A stretch of 64,000 bases of DNA, taken from NCBI GenBank assembly GCA_030390025.1, contig JASTWF010000114.1, positions 868,001 to 932,000 of the forward strand. The letters run 5' to 3'. Source of the stretch: Squalus acanthias (lineage: Eukaryota). Positions 25,201 to 37,550 of this stretch are shown here, piece by piece. A program made the translations under genes and the position numbers. The notes under the pieces were generated by a model. It did no database searches. It saw only the letters and a list, made by a program, of their open reading frames with translations, and was not told the origin of the DNA. Position 1 is the first letter of the stretch, and each line of letters opens with the position of its first letter.

Positions 25201-26082
25201 AAGTCACAAGTAAGGAGTGTGCTGGAATAATCTCCACTTGCCTGGATGAGTGTAGCTCCAAAAACACTCAAGCAGCTCGACACCATCCAGTACAAAGCAG
25301 CCCGCTTGATTGGCACCCCATCCACCACCTTAAACATTCACTCCCTCCACCAACGGCGTGCCGTGGCTGCAGTGTATACCATCTACGAGATGCACTGCAG
25401 CAATTCGCCAAGGCTTATTCGGCATCACCTCCGAAACCCGCGAACTCTTCCACCTAGAAGGATAAGGGCAAGACGCGCATGGGAACACCACCACCTTCAA
25501 GTTCCCCTTCAAGTCACTCGCCATCCTGACTTGGAAATATATCCCCGATCCTTCATCGTCGCTTGGTCAAAAACCTGTAACTCCTTGCCTAACAACACTG
25601 CAGGAGAACCTTCACCACATGGACTGCAGCAGTTCAAGGAGGCCTCTCACCACCACCTTCTCAAGGACAATTAGTGATGAGCTATAAATGATGGCCTTGC
25701 CAACGACGCCCAGATCCCATAAACGAATTTTTAAATATGATGCAGTGAGGATGTTTCCCCTGGCTGGGAACTCTAGAACCAGTGGTCACAATCTCTCAAT
25801 AAGCGGTTGGCCATTTAGGACTGAGATGAGGAGAAATTTCTTCACTCAGAGGGTGCTTAATCTTTGGAATTCTCTGCCCCAGATGGCTATGGAGGTTCAG
25901 TGGTTGAGTATATTCAAGACACAGCTCGATAAATTTCTGAAAAATAAGGGAATCAATGGATAGGGGGTTAGTTCACGAAAGTGGAGATAAGGCAGAAGAT
26001 CAGCCATGATCTTATTGAATGCGGAGCAGGCTCAAAGAGCCAAATTGCCTAGTCCAGCTCGTTTTTTTAATGTTCTTATGTC
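22251..26082 (+). mobile_element. Degenerate CR1 LINE, ORF2 to 3' UTR, split by another LINE
   Basis: Endonuclease and RT fragments at 22317-24101; resumes at about 25737 (RMFPL...RRNFFTQR) and ends in a TTCTTATG tail. Confidence 0.85.
24285..25735 (+). mobile_element. Distinct non-LTR retrotransposon fragment (CR1/L2 group, different family) nested in CR1
   Basis: [21 protein letters not shown] and MFADD; tail CACCACCTTCTCAAGG...GGCCTTGCCA.CGACGCCC shared with 38970-39110, 61595-61875 and 62880-63260. Confidence 0.82.
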
Positions 26083-26084
26083 AT

Positions 26085-26435
26085 GTAAATAGATGGATAG
26101 AATCTGTTTCTATTGGCGGAAGGGTCGAGAATCAAAGGACACAGATTTAAGGTGTTTGGCAGAAGAACCAAAGTGGAAATGAGGAAAAACTTTCTTTATG
26201 CAGCGATTGGTTAGGATCTGGAATTCACTGCCTGAAAGGTTCTGGAGGCAATTTTATTTGTGGTTTTCTGAAGGGAATTGGATAAACACCTGAAGGGAAG
26301 AAGGTGTGGGGCTGTGGGGAAAGGGCGGGGGAGCAGGACTAGCTCAAGTGGTCTTGCAGAGAGCCCGCACGGGCTCGACGGACCGAATGACATCCTTCTT
26401 TGTATTAACCACTCTATAATACTATGATTCTATGA
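26085..26435 (+). mobile_element. CR1 3' fragment
   Basis: RT end, 3' UTR and CTATGATT tail. Confidence 0.75.
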
Positions 26436-26452
26436 TTTATCTCATTGGTTCA

Positions 26453-26647
26453 TGTGGTAACACAATACAGCTTCCTGTGACTCGAACTTTATTGCATCAC
26501 TTCCTGTGATTAGTCCAGGATAAATACTGGACAGATCAGTTGGATCCTGGAGAAGCATAGAGTAAGACCTCTTTTGTATATAGCACCATTTTTAGCTGAT
26601 TAAAGCTTACTTTAAGTTCACCACGTGTAAGGCTCATACATACGACA
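26453..26647 (+). repeat. 5' LTR
   Basis: TGTGGTAA...TACGACA; 8 mismatches to the 3' LTR by manual comparison (about 4%). Confidence 0.95.
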
Positions 26648-26725
26648 ATTTAATCAACTTTGGAAAACTTCGCACTCAAACTTTTTGGACGAACTCGGAA
26701 CTAAGGATCCAGGGAATCACCCATC

Positions 26726-27574
26726 ATGGAAAACATCCTTAAACCATCGCGTCTTGACTTGGACCCAAACACCCCAGCAGCCGGTAAGGTGTGGAAACAC
26801 TGGTATCGCACGTATGACAATTTTCTGGAATATTGTAAGCCTGATGATGACTCAAAGTTGCGGATACTCATCAACTGTGTCACCCCGAATGTATTTCAGT
26901 ATGTGGAGGAATGGGACAGTTACGAGGAGGCAATTCGGAAGCTTAAGAGACTATATACTAAGACACCGAATGAGGTCTATGCCAGACATCTACTTGCTAC
27001 AGCCCAACAAGGGCCGGAGGAATCCATTGATAAATTCCTCCAAGAGCTTCGCAGACTTAGTATGGACTGTAACTTTCGGGCGGCCTCAGCTAAGCTATAC
27101 CGTGAAGAAATGATCCGTGATGCTTTCATCTGCGGGCTTGCCTCCCCATTTATACGCCAGCGTCTACTGGAAATTAAGACACTTGAGCTTCAGAGAGCTT
27201 ATGACATGGCTTGCTCTCTAGATCTGGCAAAAAGAAATGCAGACCTTTATACAGTGCCCAGACCTCGGTCTACTGCCTTAACTACAGTCAGGCAATTTAA
27301 GAGGCCACAGGTGAACTCTATTAGGGAGGTCTTTATCCCTGACGATCAATCTGATGACTTCACTGATGAAGAGGATGATGACCCCACTGTGGCAACCTCT
27401 TGGCAATCTAAGAAATGCTTCTTTTGTGGTGATGAGTAACACCCTCGGAAATTCTGCCCTGCTCGCAATGCGTTTTGCAGTCATTGCAACAAAAAGGGTC
27501 ATTTTGCAAAGGTTTGCCTATCAAGAGCCTCTACGAGGGCTTATCAAGCTATGTCCTACCGAACTGCCCGGTAA
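26726..27574 (+). pseudogene. gag: gag with two CCHC zinc knuckles and a premature stop at 27437-27439
   Basis: IRDAFICGL..IRQRLLE; reading through the TAA gives CFFCGDE*HPRKFC and CSHCNKKGHFAKVC. Confidence 0.88.
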
Positions 27575-30500
27575 GGGCCTATCAAGATGTTCCGGCTAAA
27601 ATCTATCGTGCTTCCTCTCGAAGAAACACACCTAGAGTTTCAGCCACTCTTTGTGCAAAGACACCAATTACAGCTGCTTGTCCTCAGAACCTATTCCATG
27701 CAGCTACAAAAGCATCAATTAATGGACATACTTTAGATGCCTTAATTGACTCAGGTAGCACTGATAGTTTCATTAGGGAACTGATTGTTGCAGAGTTAAA
27801 GCTACATGTTTTCCCATCGTACCAGGCAGTTGCGATGGCTCAGTCATCACTTAATACCAGAATTTCTGGCTTTTGTAGGGTTGAAATAATACTTAATGGT
27901 CACAGGTATCCCTCCACCCGGCTTTTGGTGCTCAAGGACTTATGTAGTGATCTTATCTTAGGACTGGATTTTCAAAAGCAGCATAAGAAGCTCACCATTG
28001 AGTTCGGCGGATCTAAACCTGAACTCACTATTTCTAATATACTACCTCGATTACCGTTCTGTGCATTGTCAGCAGCTTCACTGGATGAACCCTCACTGTT
28101 TTCCAGTATCCCTCCTCGATGCAAACCGATTATAACAAAGTCACGACGTTTCAGTCAGGAAGACCAGTCTTTTATTGTGGCTGAGATTTCTCGGCTTTTA
28201 GCAGAGGATATCATCGAGCCTTGTTCGTCGCCATGGCGCACCCAGGTCGTTATTGTTAAGAACCCTCTAAAACCTCACAAGAAACGGCTGTGCATTGACT
28301 ACTCACAGACCATCAATCAATATACGGACTTGGACGCATACCCATTGCCACGCATCGATGATATGGTTAATAAATTGGCTGAGTACACGGTGTTCTCAAC
28401 ATATGATCTAAAAAGTACCTATCATCAGGTACCCTTGAAGGTCTCAGACAAGCTGTATACGGCCTTTGAAGCCAATGGACGGCTGTATCAATTTCGTCGC
28501 CTCCCCTTTGGGGTCACTAATGGAGTGGCTGTCTTCCAGCGAGCAATGGATGGTCTGGTCAAACAGGAAGCCTTGAAGGATACGTTTCCTTATCTGGACA
28601 ATATTACTGTCGCAGGTCGCAATCAGCGGGAACATGACGCCAATCTCCAAAGATTTTGGGATGCACTCCAGCACCGTAATTTGACATTAAATGCGGCTAA
28701 ATCCATTGAGTCACAACCAACCATCAACATCCTTGCCTATTGTGTGGGCAATGGCATCATTAAACCTGACCCTGAAAGGCTTCGCCCACTCCAAGAACTC
28801 CCGCCACCTAAGAATCCGGCCTCCTTGCGCCGGGCCCTCGGCCTGTTTGCATACTATGCTAAATGGATTCCTAACTTCTCGGACCGAATCCAACCTCTAC
28901 TGAAGGCCAGCACATTCCCACTAGACGCAGCGGCTGTTGCAGCCTTTAACCTCCTGAAAAAACAGTTGGAGAAAGCGACTCTTCAGTCCATCGATGAGAG
29001 TCTTCCTTTTGTCGTTGAGTGTGATGCCTCGGAGGTGGCGATCTCGGCCACTCTGAATCAGGAAGGTCGTCCGTTGGCATTATTGTCCAGGACTTTTCAA
29101 GGGGCTGAGCTACATTATCCTCCAGTCGAGAAAGAAGCTACAGCCATCATAGAGGCAGTACGGAAGTGGAGTCACCTCCTAGCTCGCCAGCACTTTACCT
29201 TAATCACGGACCAGCGATCGGTCGCCTTCATGCTCGATAATCGAAAACGGACCAAAATTTAAAATAATAAAATCCAGCTTTGGCGGCTGGAATTGGCCTC
29301 TTTTGGTTACACCATCCACTGTCGACCTGGCAAGGAGAATGTGGCTCCAGATACCCTCACACGAGCATTCTGCTCTGCCATGGCACCCTCTACGCTCATA
29401 GACATCCATGATGGGTTGTGTCATCCGGGCGTTACTCGCATGCTACACTTCGTGCGGTGCCTAAATCTCCCATTCTCTAACGGGGATGTAAAGAAGATGT
29501 GCTCGGACTGCAGAGTCTGTGCGGAATTGAAACCTCGGTTTTTCCGCCCCTCGGGTGGTATACTCATACATGCGACCCAGCCAATGCAACGGCTTAGCAT
29601 CGATTTTAAGGGGCCGTTGCCCTCTTCAACTCGCAACACTTATCTATTGACCATGGACGATGAGTATTCCCGTTTTCCGATTGCCTTTCCCTGCCCCAAT
29701 ATGCTAACGTCCACGGTTATCAGCTGCCTTGAGCAGGTATTTGCTTTATGTGGCATGGCATCCTATGTTCATTCGGATCGGGGCCCTTCTTTTATGTCAG
29801 GAGAACTCAAGGCCTATCTCTCGGAACGGGGTATTGCTGCCAGCAAAACGACGCCTTATCATCCGGTCGGGAATGGGCAAGTCGAGCGTTTTAATGCTAT
29901 CATCTGGAATGCGGTACGTCTGGCTTTGAGATCTCGGGGCCAACCCAACCAGCAATGGGAGGCAGTACTTCCAGATGCATTACACTCCACACGGTCCCTC
30001 CTTTCGACCGCCACAAATACGACGCCTCATGAACGGTTCTTCCGATTTCAGCGTCGCTCATCCTATGGGATATCTCTCCCGTCGTGGCTGACTGCACCGG
30101 GACCAGTGCTACTCCGAAGATATGTCCGGGCGTCTAAGAATGACCCCCTGGTAGATGAGGTTGAGCTCACTGACGTCAACCCTAGCTACGCCTATATTCG
30201 GTATCCTGACGGTCGGGAATCTACCGTGTCATTGCCGGATCTGGCTCCCTGCCCGCCGAAACAAAGAGGGACACCAGGGGATGATATTGTACCAGGCACA
30301 TCTCTGGGCTCGCCAGGTGCCTCTCATCACGATCTGAATCTGACGCCGGCTGGTACCTCACTCCAGCGTGCCGACCTGGGGCAGACTGTCTATGAGCCCG
30401 TCGGGGCTCGCACGCGCAGCCACGATCCACCCTGTACCGTACGCTCGGAAACGGATCTGCCACAGCCCTGCCTGACACCCGTTCGGGCACCACTACACAA

Positions 30501-30663
30501 TCTGGATCGTCCTGACCCCTCACAGAGCGGGCTGGATCACTCGGACTCTGGTCCACGGCCCGCGGCGGGTAAACGGGCTAGGGGCCCTCTACCGCCACGA
30601 GAACCCAAACGGGTGCGGCTCTCCCTCGTCCAGCGGCTACGAAATGGAGGGAGAATGTGGTAA
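27475..30663 (+). pseudogene. pol: pol (protease, RT, RNase H, integrase) with an in-frame stop at 29260-29262
   Basis: LIDSGS protease, YLDN RT, VECDAS RNase H, HHCC and SIDF/HSDRG/GQVE integrase motifs; ORFs 27475-29262 and 29293-30663 share a frame. Confidence 0.93.
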
Positions 30664-30726
30664 CACAATACAGCTTCCTGTGACTCGAACTTCATCCCGG
30701 CCTCCTAATCTTTTGGGGGGGGAGAA

Positions 30727-30921
30727 TGTGGTAACACAATACAGCTTCCTGTGACTCGAACTTTATTGCATCACTTCCTGTGATTAGTCCAGGATAAATA
30801 CTGGACTGATCAGTTGGATCCTGGAGAGGCATAGAGTAAGACCTCTTTTGTATGTAGCACCTTTTTTAGTTGATTAAAGCTTACTTTAAGTTCACCACGC
30901 GTAAGGCTCATTCTTACGACA
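30727..30921 (+). repeat. 3' LTR
   Basis: Direct repeat of 26453-26647, preceded by a polypurine tract. Confidence 0.95.
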
Positions 30922-31087
30922 GCTAATATCTTAAGCGTTTTGATTTGATTCGTTTATATTAATCCTTTGGTACTTTCATTTATTCTTCGCAGCAAAAACG
31001 CACCGTGACATGTTTGGCTGGGTAAGGCAATTCTTCAGAAACAACTTGTTCATGTTCTTGTTCTAGATTCAGGCAGCAGAGAATGCA

Positions 31088-33010
31088 CTGGGAATCAGAT
31101 TCCTGCACGGAAGCCGAAGCAGTGTAACCTCGGCGGCCCAGGGATTGAAATTCCTGGACTGAGGCGGGAGCAGTGTAAACTAGGCGGCCCAGGGATTGAA
31201 ATTCCTTTACTGAGTCCGGTACAGTGTAATCTAGGCGGCCCAGGGTTGAAAATCCTGGACTGAGGACAGAGCCGTGTAAACTAGGTGGCCCAGGGATTTA
31301 AATTCCTTGACTGCAGCGGGAGCAGTGTAAACTAGGCGGCACAGGGATTGAAATTCCTGGACTGAGGCGGGAGCAGTGTAAACTAGGCGGCCCAGGGATT
31401 GAAATTCCTGGACTGAGGCGGGAGCAGTGTAATCTAGGCGGCCCAGGGACTGAAATTCCTGGACTGAGGCAGAAGCAGTGTATTCTAGGTGGCCCAGGGA
31501 TTGAAATTCCTGGACTGAGGCCGGAGCTGGTTAATCGAGGTGGCCCAGGGATTGAAATTCCTGGACTGAGGCCGGAGCAGGTTAATCTAGGCGGCCCAGC
31601 GATTGAAATTCCTGGACTGAGGCCGGAGCAGTAAAGTCTAGGCGGCCCAGGGATTGAAATTCCTGGACTAAGGTCGGTTCAGTGTAATCTAGGCGGCCCA
31701 GGGTCTGAAATTCCTGGACTGAGGCAGGAGCAGTGTAATCTTGTCGGCCCAGGGATTTAAATACCTTAACTGGGGCAGGAGCAGTGTAATCTCGGCGGCC
31801 CAGGGATTGAAATTCCTGGACTGAGGCAGCAGCAGTGTCTTCTAGTCGGCCCAGGGATTGAAATTCCTGGACTGAGGCAGGAGCAGTTTAATCCAGGCGG
31901 CCCAGGGATTGAAATTCCTGGACTGAGGCAGGAGCAGTGTAATCTTGGCGGCCCAGTGATTGAAATTCCATAACTGGGGCAGGAGCAGTGTAATCTCGGC
32001 GGCCCAGGGATTGACATTCCTGGACTGAGGCAGGAGCAGTGTCTTCTAGGCGGCTCAGGGATTGAAATTCCTGGACTGAGGCAGGAGACGATTAATCCAG
32101 GCGGCCCAGGGATTGAAATACCAGGACTGAGGCCGGAGAAGTGTAATCTAGGCGGCCCAGGGATTGAAATTCCAGGACTGAGGCAGGAGCAGTGTAATCT
32201 AGGCGGCCCAGGGATTGAAATTCCAGGACTGAGGCGGGAGCAGTGTAATCTAGGCGGCACAGGGATTGAAATTCCAGGACTGAGGCAGGAGCAGTGTGAT
32301 CTAGGCGGCCGAGGGATTGAAATTCCAGGACTGAGGCGGGAGCAGTTTAGTCTGGGCGGCCCAGGGATTGAAATTCCTGAATTTAGGACGAAGCAGTGTA
32401 ATCTAGGCGGCCCAGGGATTGAAATTGCTGGATTGAGGCGGGAGCAGTGTAATCTAGGCGGCCCAGGGATTGAAATTCAAGGACTGAGGCCGGCAAGTCT
32501 AATCAAGGTGGCCCAGGGATTGAAATTGATTGACTGAGGCCGGTAGCAGTGTACTCTAGGCGGCACAGGGATTGCAATTCCAGGACTAAGGCAGGAGCAG
32601 TGTAATCTAGGCGCCCCAGGGATTGAAATTCCAGGACTGAGGCAGGATCAGTGTAATCTAGGCGGCCCAGGGATTGAAATTCCAGGACTGAGGCCGGGTC
32701 TGTGTAATCTAGGCGGCCCAGGGATTCAATTTCCTGGACTGAGGCCGGAGCAGTTTATTCTAGGCTGCCCAGTGATTGAAATTCCTGTACTGAGGCCGTA
32801 TCAGTGTAATCTAGGTGGCCCAGGGATTGAAATTCCTGGACTGAGGCAGGTGCAGTGTAATCTACACTGCCCAGGGATTGAAATTCCAGGACTGAGGCGG
32901 GAGCAGTATAATCTAGGCGGCCCAGGGATTGAAATTCCAGGACTAAGGCGGGAGCAGTGTAATCTAGGCGGCCAAGGGATTGAAATTCCTGAACTGATGC
33001 AGAAGCAGAG
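31088..33010. repeat. 51-bp minisatellite, about 37 units
   Basis: Consensus CAGTGTAATCTAGGCGGCCCAGGGATTGAAATTCCTGGACTGAGGCGGGAG; produces the 17-aa periodic ORFs in the track. Confidence 0.95.
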
Positions 33011-33543
33011 TCGTGCAGTCGAGTCCCATCGTTCCATCACTGGAATCATTTATAAGATCCTGCAATTTAGGAACATTTATTTTTGGTGAATGATTTTACC
33101 CTGACGGCCTGGAATGGAAAAAATCTGAGAATAAGTTTGGGGCAATCAAGATTTGTTCTTCTTTTATTCATTCCTTTTTTCTGACAATTCCTCGTCTTCT
33201 GTTCTCATTTTTAGTTCAATACAGGAAGAGAAACTCCGTTCTCCCTATTCTGTCCCCGGCATATGATGGGCGGTTGAAATATTTCACATTCAATCACCTT
33301 ACATTTAAAGCTTTGTACAATAAGATGAGCAGGAGTGTGATGCAGTAAAGTGTTGTTGTGACAGTGGTTCAATGAGTCTGTTTGTTCAATGACTGTAATT
33401 AAGGCCATTTACAGTGGCGCCTAATGATGTCACTCGGGGATTTCTCTCTGCTCTAGATAAGGAGCTCCCTTCACTGTTCACCTCACACCATAAGCGCGTT
33501 GCATCCGGCACAAATACCTCCAGTCACTCACAGAAGTGAAATC

Positions 33544-33944
33544 ATGGTTCTGCCCCCCGCCCCACTACTTCTAGATAATTATCATGAAGAAGTGAGGATA
33601 ATTGAATTATTTTGCGATATACAAAGTATTTACTATCCCCTCCTCGCTGTTGTTTGTGTTCCGTATGTATCTATATTCAGTGATTAATTCTATAAGCCAT
33701 GTTACACTACGATATTAGCTTTGGTATTTAACGTCGTCATCTCAATTATTAATGGTATTCTGTGTTCCAAGTTGTTGCACGATTATTAACGCTTTGGTTG
33801 GTATATAAAAATACTGGCACATGCAGTTGGTGTTCCTGGTAATCCCTATATCGAACAGTTAATTATGTAAATTGTTTCTATCTGTATTACTGTTCTTGTC
33901 ATTTACTCCCTCCTCCTCCGCCCTCGCTGGTGTTGGTGTCCCTG
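33544..33944 (+). pseudogene. Probable first coding exon region (N-terminus/TM1) of the GPR139-like GPCR, with three candidate donor ends
   Basis: IQSIYYPLLAVVCVP then GTATGT (33663); AVGVP-G|GTAATC (33839); LAGVGVP-G|GTAAGT (33945). The downstream exon needs a phase-1 donor. Confidence 0.6.
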
Positions 33945-35634
33945 GTAAGTGTCTGTATCCTGTTATTTATTCTGTAAATGATGCTTAACTGTATTTTTCT
34001 CCTTGCTATTCGCTATCCCATGCGCGGTGCTGTCGAATATTGATTCTGTGCATGATACGGTGTCAACAAGCTTCAAAAACTCTACATTCAACTCAAGCAA
34101 TGCTACTCGACGATACTCTTTATTTAACGAATTTTGGTCTGCTATTGACACTGAACATTTGTAACAAATCCGTACAATGTTTCTTGCTTTAGGAGATTTT
34201 CACCTAATGGCAAAATGTCATCGACTTAACACGATAGCTCTCATTCTCTCTCCACACATGCTGCCTGACCTTCTGATTATTTCTCACATTTTCCTTTTTC
34301 ATTTCAGATTTTCAACATCCGCAGTATTTTGTTTTAGTTTTCAGCTACTGCTCGGTGTGGTTCCTTACACAGAGTCACAGGACCAAATCCTGGCAGATCA
34401 AATACACATTTTCAAATGTCTAAAATATCCAGAAATCATGCAGTTGCAGTCAGTGTTTCCTTTCCCACCATCTCCAGTTCTGCATTACTAGCACTGCTTC
34501 TAATGGTTAGAATAGGTTTACGAGGATAATTCACATTCTCAAAAAATTTCATTCAGCCAGATTTCAATAATTTTATTTCCAACCTTTGTTTTGAATTGAC
34601 AATTGGATGCCATACCCATCTGTGATAGTTCAGTGGATCTCTCAGTGAGACCCAGAGTGATTCTCTATTGCCTCCTGCTGTACTTCAGGATAACCAATCC
34701 CAGCTGATTGTAACTGAAGTACTAACGATAAGACATCCTCTGATATTCCTAGTTTAATATTCTCTACAGAAGTTGGGAACCAACAGGTGAAAAAGTACAA
34801 GGATAATTTTCTTCCATTTGTGTTCAGATATTAAACAAAGCAATCAGCGGCACTTTGCCATTGGGATACATCTTCTGATTTCGGTGCTACGAAATGCTTT
34901 TAATGGGACATTACCCGGTAATGATAACTGTTTATTTTAATCCAGTGTCCATTCGTTGTAATGTTAATTGTAAAATCTTCCTTTTAGTAAGCTACAATTA
35001 ATGTATTTCAAAAAAATGCAGAAAACTATAGCTTCAAAACACATCATAACTCCATGTCTCTTCATTGCTGCATTGCACTTGTAAATATTATCTTGGCGTT
35101 TGCATATTACATCCGTTCATTTTAAATATAATTGTCTGTAATTATTACATGTCAAGGGTCGCAGTTTCCGTATTTTGCTGTAGAATTCATTTTCAGTTCC
35201 AAATATAATAGATATTCTAACCAGGAACAGGAATCCAAGCGGGATTTCCCCTCTCGCTAACACAGGGGCACAGGAGCAAATTTCACTGCTCCAAATGCTG
35301 ACTGATCCTAAGACACAAAGGCTTCCTGAGAGGCTCTGGTCCTTTGTATCCCTGATATCTCGGTCGGTGCTTTTGTCTGCTGGGCTAAAGGTAGATCAGC
35401 ATTTAACATCTCATTGATCAAACATCTGTAATTGTCATGTTGTATTTATTTCCATTTCATGTATTGATGAATTATTCGTAAAGTAATCCCTTTAATCAAC
35501 TATACATGCTAATAGAATTAGATTATATCTTTGAATATCTCTACTGAGTTACAGATTTCACACTGATTTCCACCAAACTGCTGTTTTGCTCCCAGCCTGA
35601 ATATAATTTCCCTGTTTATTTCCCTTCCTCACAG

Positions 35635-36536
35635 TTAACTTAGTGACGATTGTGATCCTGTCTCGGGGAAAGTGCGGTCTCTCCAAATGTGTCACTCGCT
35701 ATCTGGTGGCCATGGCAGCGGCGGATCTACTGGTCGTTAACCTCGATCTGATATTGAGGCACATTCCGATTGTTTATAGGACACAGTTTTATTATTTTGT
35801 GAAGTCTATCCCCGTGTGTAATATACACGCCGTCCTGCTTTATTCAGCCACAGACTGTTCTGTCTGGTTCACCGTCACTTTCACCTTTGATAGATTTGTG
35901 GCCATTTGTTGCCAGAAGCTGAAATCTAAATATTGCACCGAGAAAACGGCGGATGTGGTTTTAGCAACAGTGACTGTGCTGAGCTGTTTAAAGAACATCA
36001 CCTGGTATTTTATGTTGACTGGTAATTATAGGCTTACGAACACTCCCTGGTTTTGTGATGTAACATTAGATATTATGATTTCACGGAACTGGGCAACAAT
36101 CGAATTCCTTCATTATATTCTCACCCCGTGTGTCCCATTTGTTGTGATTGTGCCGCTCAATGCTTTAACCGTCAGACACATTTTAGTGGCCAGCAGAGCC
36201 CGCAGGAGACTCCGGGGTCACAGCAGTGGGGAGAGTCCCAATGACCCAGAGATGGAGAGCCGAATGAAATCCATAATTTTACCGATTGTTCTCTCAGGGA
36301 ATTTCATACTCTTATGGGCAATCTTCATGGTGTTTTCTGTATGGAGCCGGATGTGGCTTTTGTGGTATCTGTCTGTATCTCTACCTATTTATGTTAAATA
36401 AATAGGATTCATGCTCCAGCTCCTGAGTTGCTGCACAAACACCTGTATTTATGCCGTGACCCAGACTAGGTTCAGAGAGCAGTTGAAGAATGTGGTGAAA
36501 TATCCCTTTACTCAAATTGTAAAATTCATTAAATGA
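35635..36536 (+). pseudogene. GPR139-like class A GPCR main exon (shark-expanded family), premature stop before TM7
   Basis: Acceptor TTCCTCACAG| then NLVTIVILSRGKCGLSKC, YLVAMAAADL and TFDRFVAIC. After TAA at 36399-36401 the frame continues IGFMLQLLSCCTNTCIYAVTQTRFREQL to TGA at 36534-36536. Confidence 0.92.
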
Positions 36537-37029
36537 TGTGAATCACTTTCCAGCATCAGAACGAAATCACAGCTCATATTCTGTCCAATCCACGGGGCCA
36601 GTGATATATGTTAATATTAACACACTCACGGACACACTGTGTGCAACAAAACCAACCGCCCGAGACACCCTGTGAACTGTAAACCTTCCCACTGACCTCG
36701 GGAATATTTACACTCTGACAGAGACCAGAAGGTAATATTAACACAGTTCTCTGAGACACTCTGCCGGTGCTATTATACTGCAATTGTCTGACAGTAATCA
36801 ATAACACCCTCCCACAGATCCTTGGCTCATATTTACAATTAGAGGGAGAGATCCCCCCTCTAAATCTAAACCCAGTCCCCATGTGTATATTAGTGGAATC
36901 ACTGAGAACCCTGCACACATTAGAACACTACCAGAGACAGTCACTGTGCAATAGAATTCTCCCACAAATCTAACATAAATATTAACACACGTGTAGAAAC
37001 ACATTGTTCAAAGTAACAGTGTAGGAATA

Positions 37030-37323
37030 TTTCACTCACACCTGGCCTGCCACACCTCTCCTTCTTTCCCACTGACCCATTCTCTTGCCTGTCCTCTCTC
37101 GCTCACCTGGCCAGCCTCTTTCTCTCTCTGTCTCTCTCCCTCACTCACTCACATACACTCACGCCTGGCCTACCTCATCTCACTCATTCTCTCTCACAGC
37201 TCCCCAACCTCACCTCCCTCACACTCTCTCTCACAGCTGGCCTACCTCACCTCCCTCACACTCTCTCTCACGGCTGGCCTACATTACCTCTCTCTTTCCC
37301 TATCACCGGGTCTACTTCACCTC

Positions 37324-37366
<43 letters not shown>

Positions 37367-37550
37367 CTGGGCTACCCAGCCTCTATCTCTCTCACCTGAC
37401 CAGACTCCCTCTTTCTCTCACTCACTCACATATTCTCTCGCCTGGCCTATCACACCTCTCTCTCGATCTGTTTCGCCTGGTCTACCTCACCTCTCTGTCT
37501 CTCACTCGTGCCCACGGCTAGTCTGCTTCTCTCTCACTCACTCTATCTTT
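37030..37550. repeat. CT-rich low-complexity repeat with recurring CCTGGCCTAC motifs
   Basis: (CT)n tract at about 37327-37358 and repeated motifs. A GA-rich tract also lies at 38045-38420. Confidence 0.85.

Larger units (their letters stand above)
26453..30921 (+). mobile_element. Near full-length Ty3/Gypsy LTR retrotransposon (Mag-like gag), inactivated
   Basis: Two 195-bp TG...CA LTRs; domain order gag-PR-RT-RH-INT; PPT GGGGGGGGAGAA; flanks GTTCA/GCTAA match at only 3 of 5 positions. Confidence 0.96.

Noticed and set aside
31088-33010. CRISPR-like array or repeat protein gene
   Set aside because: Units are contiguous with no unique spacers, there are no cas genes and the context is eukaryotic. 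The periodic ORFs occur on both strands and are broken by stops and indels.
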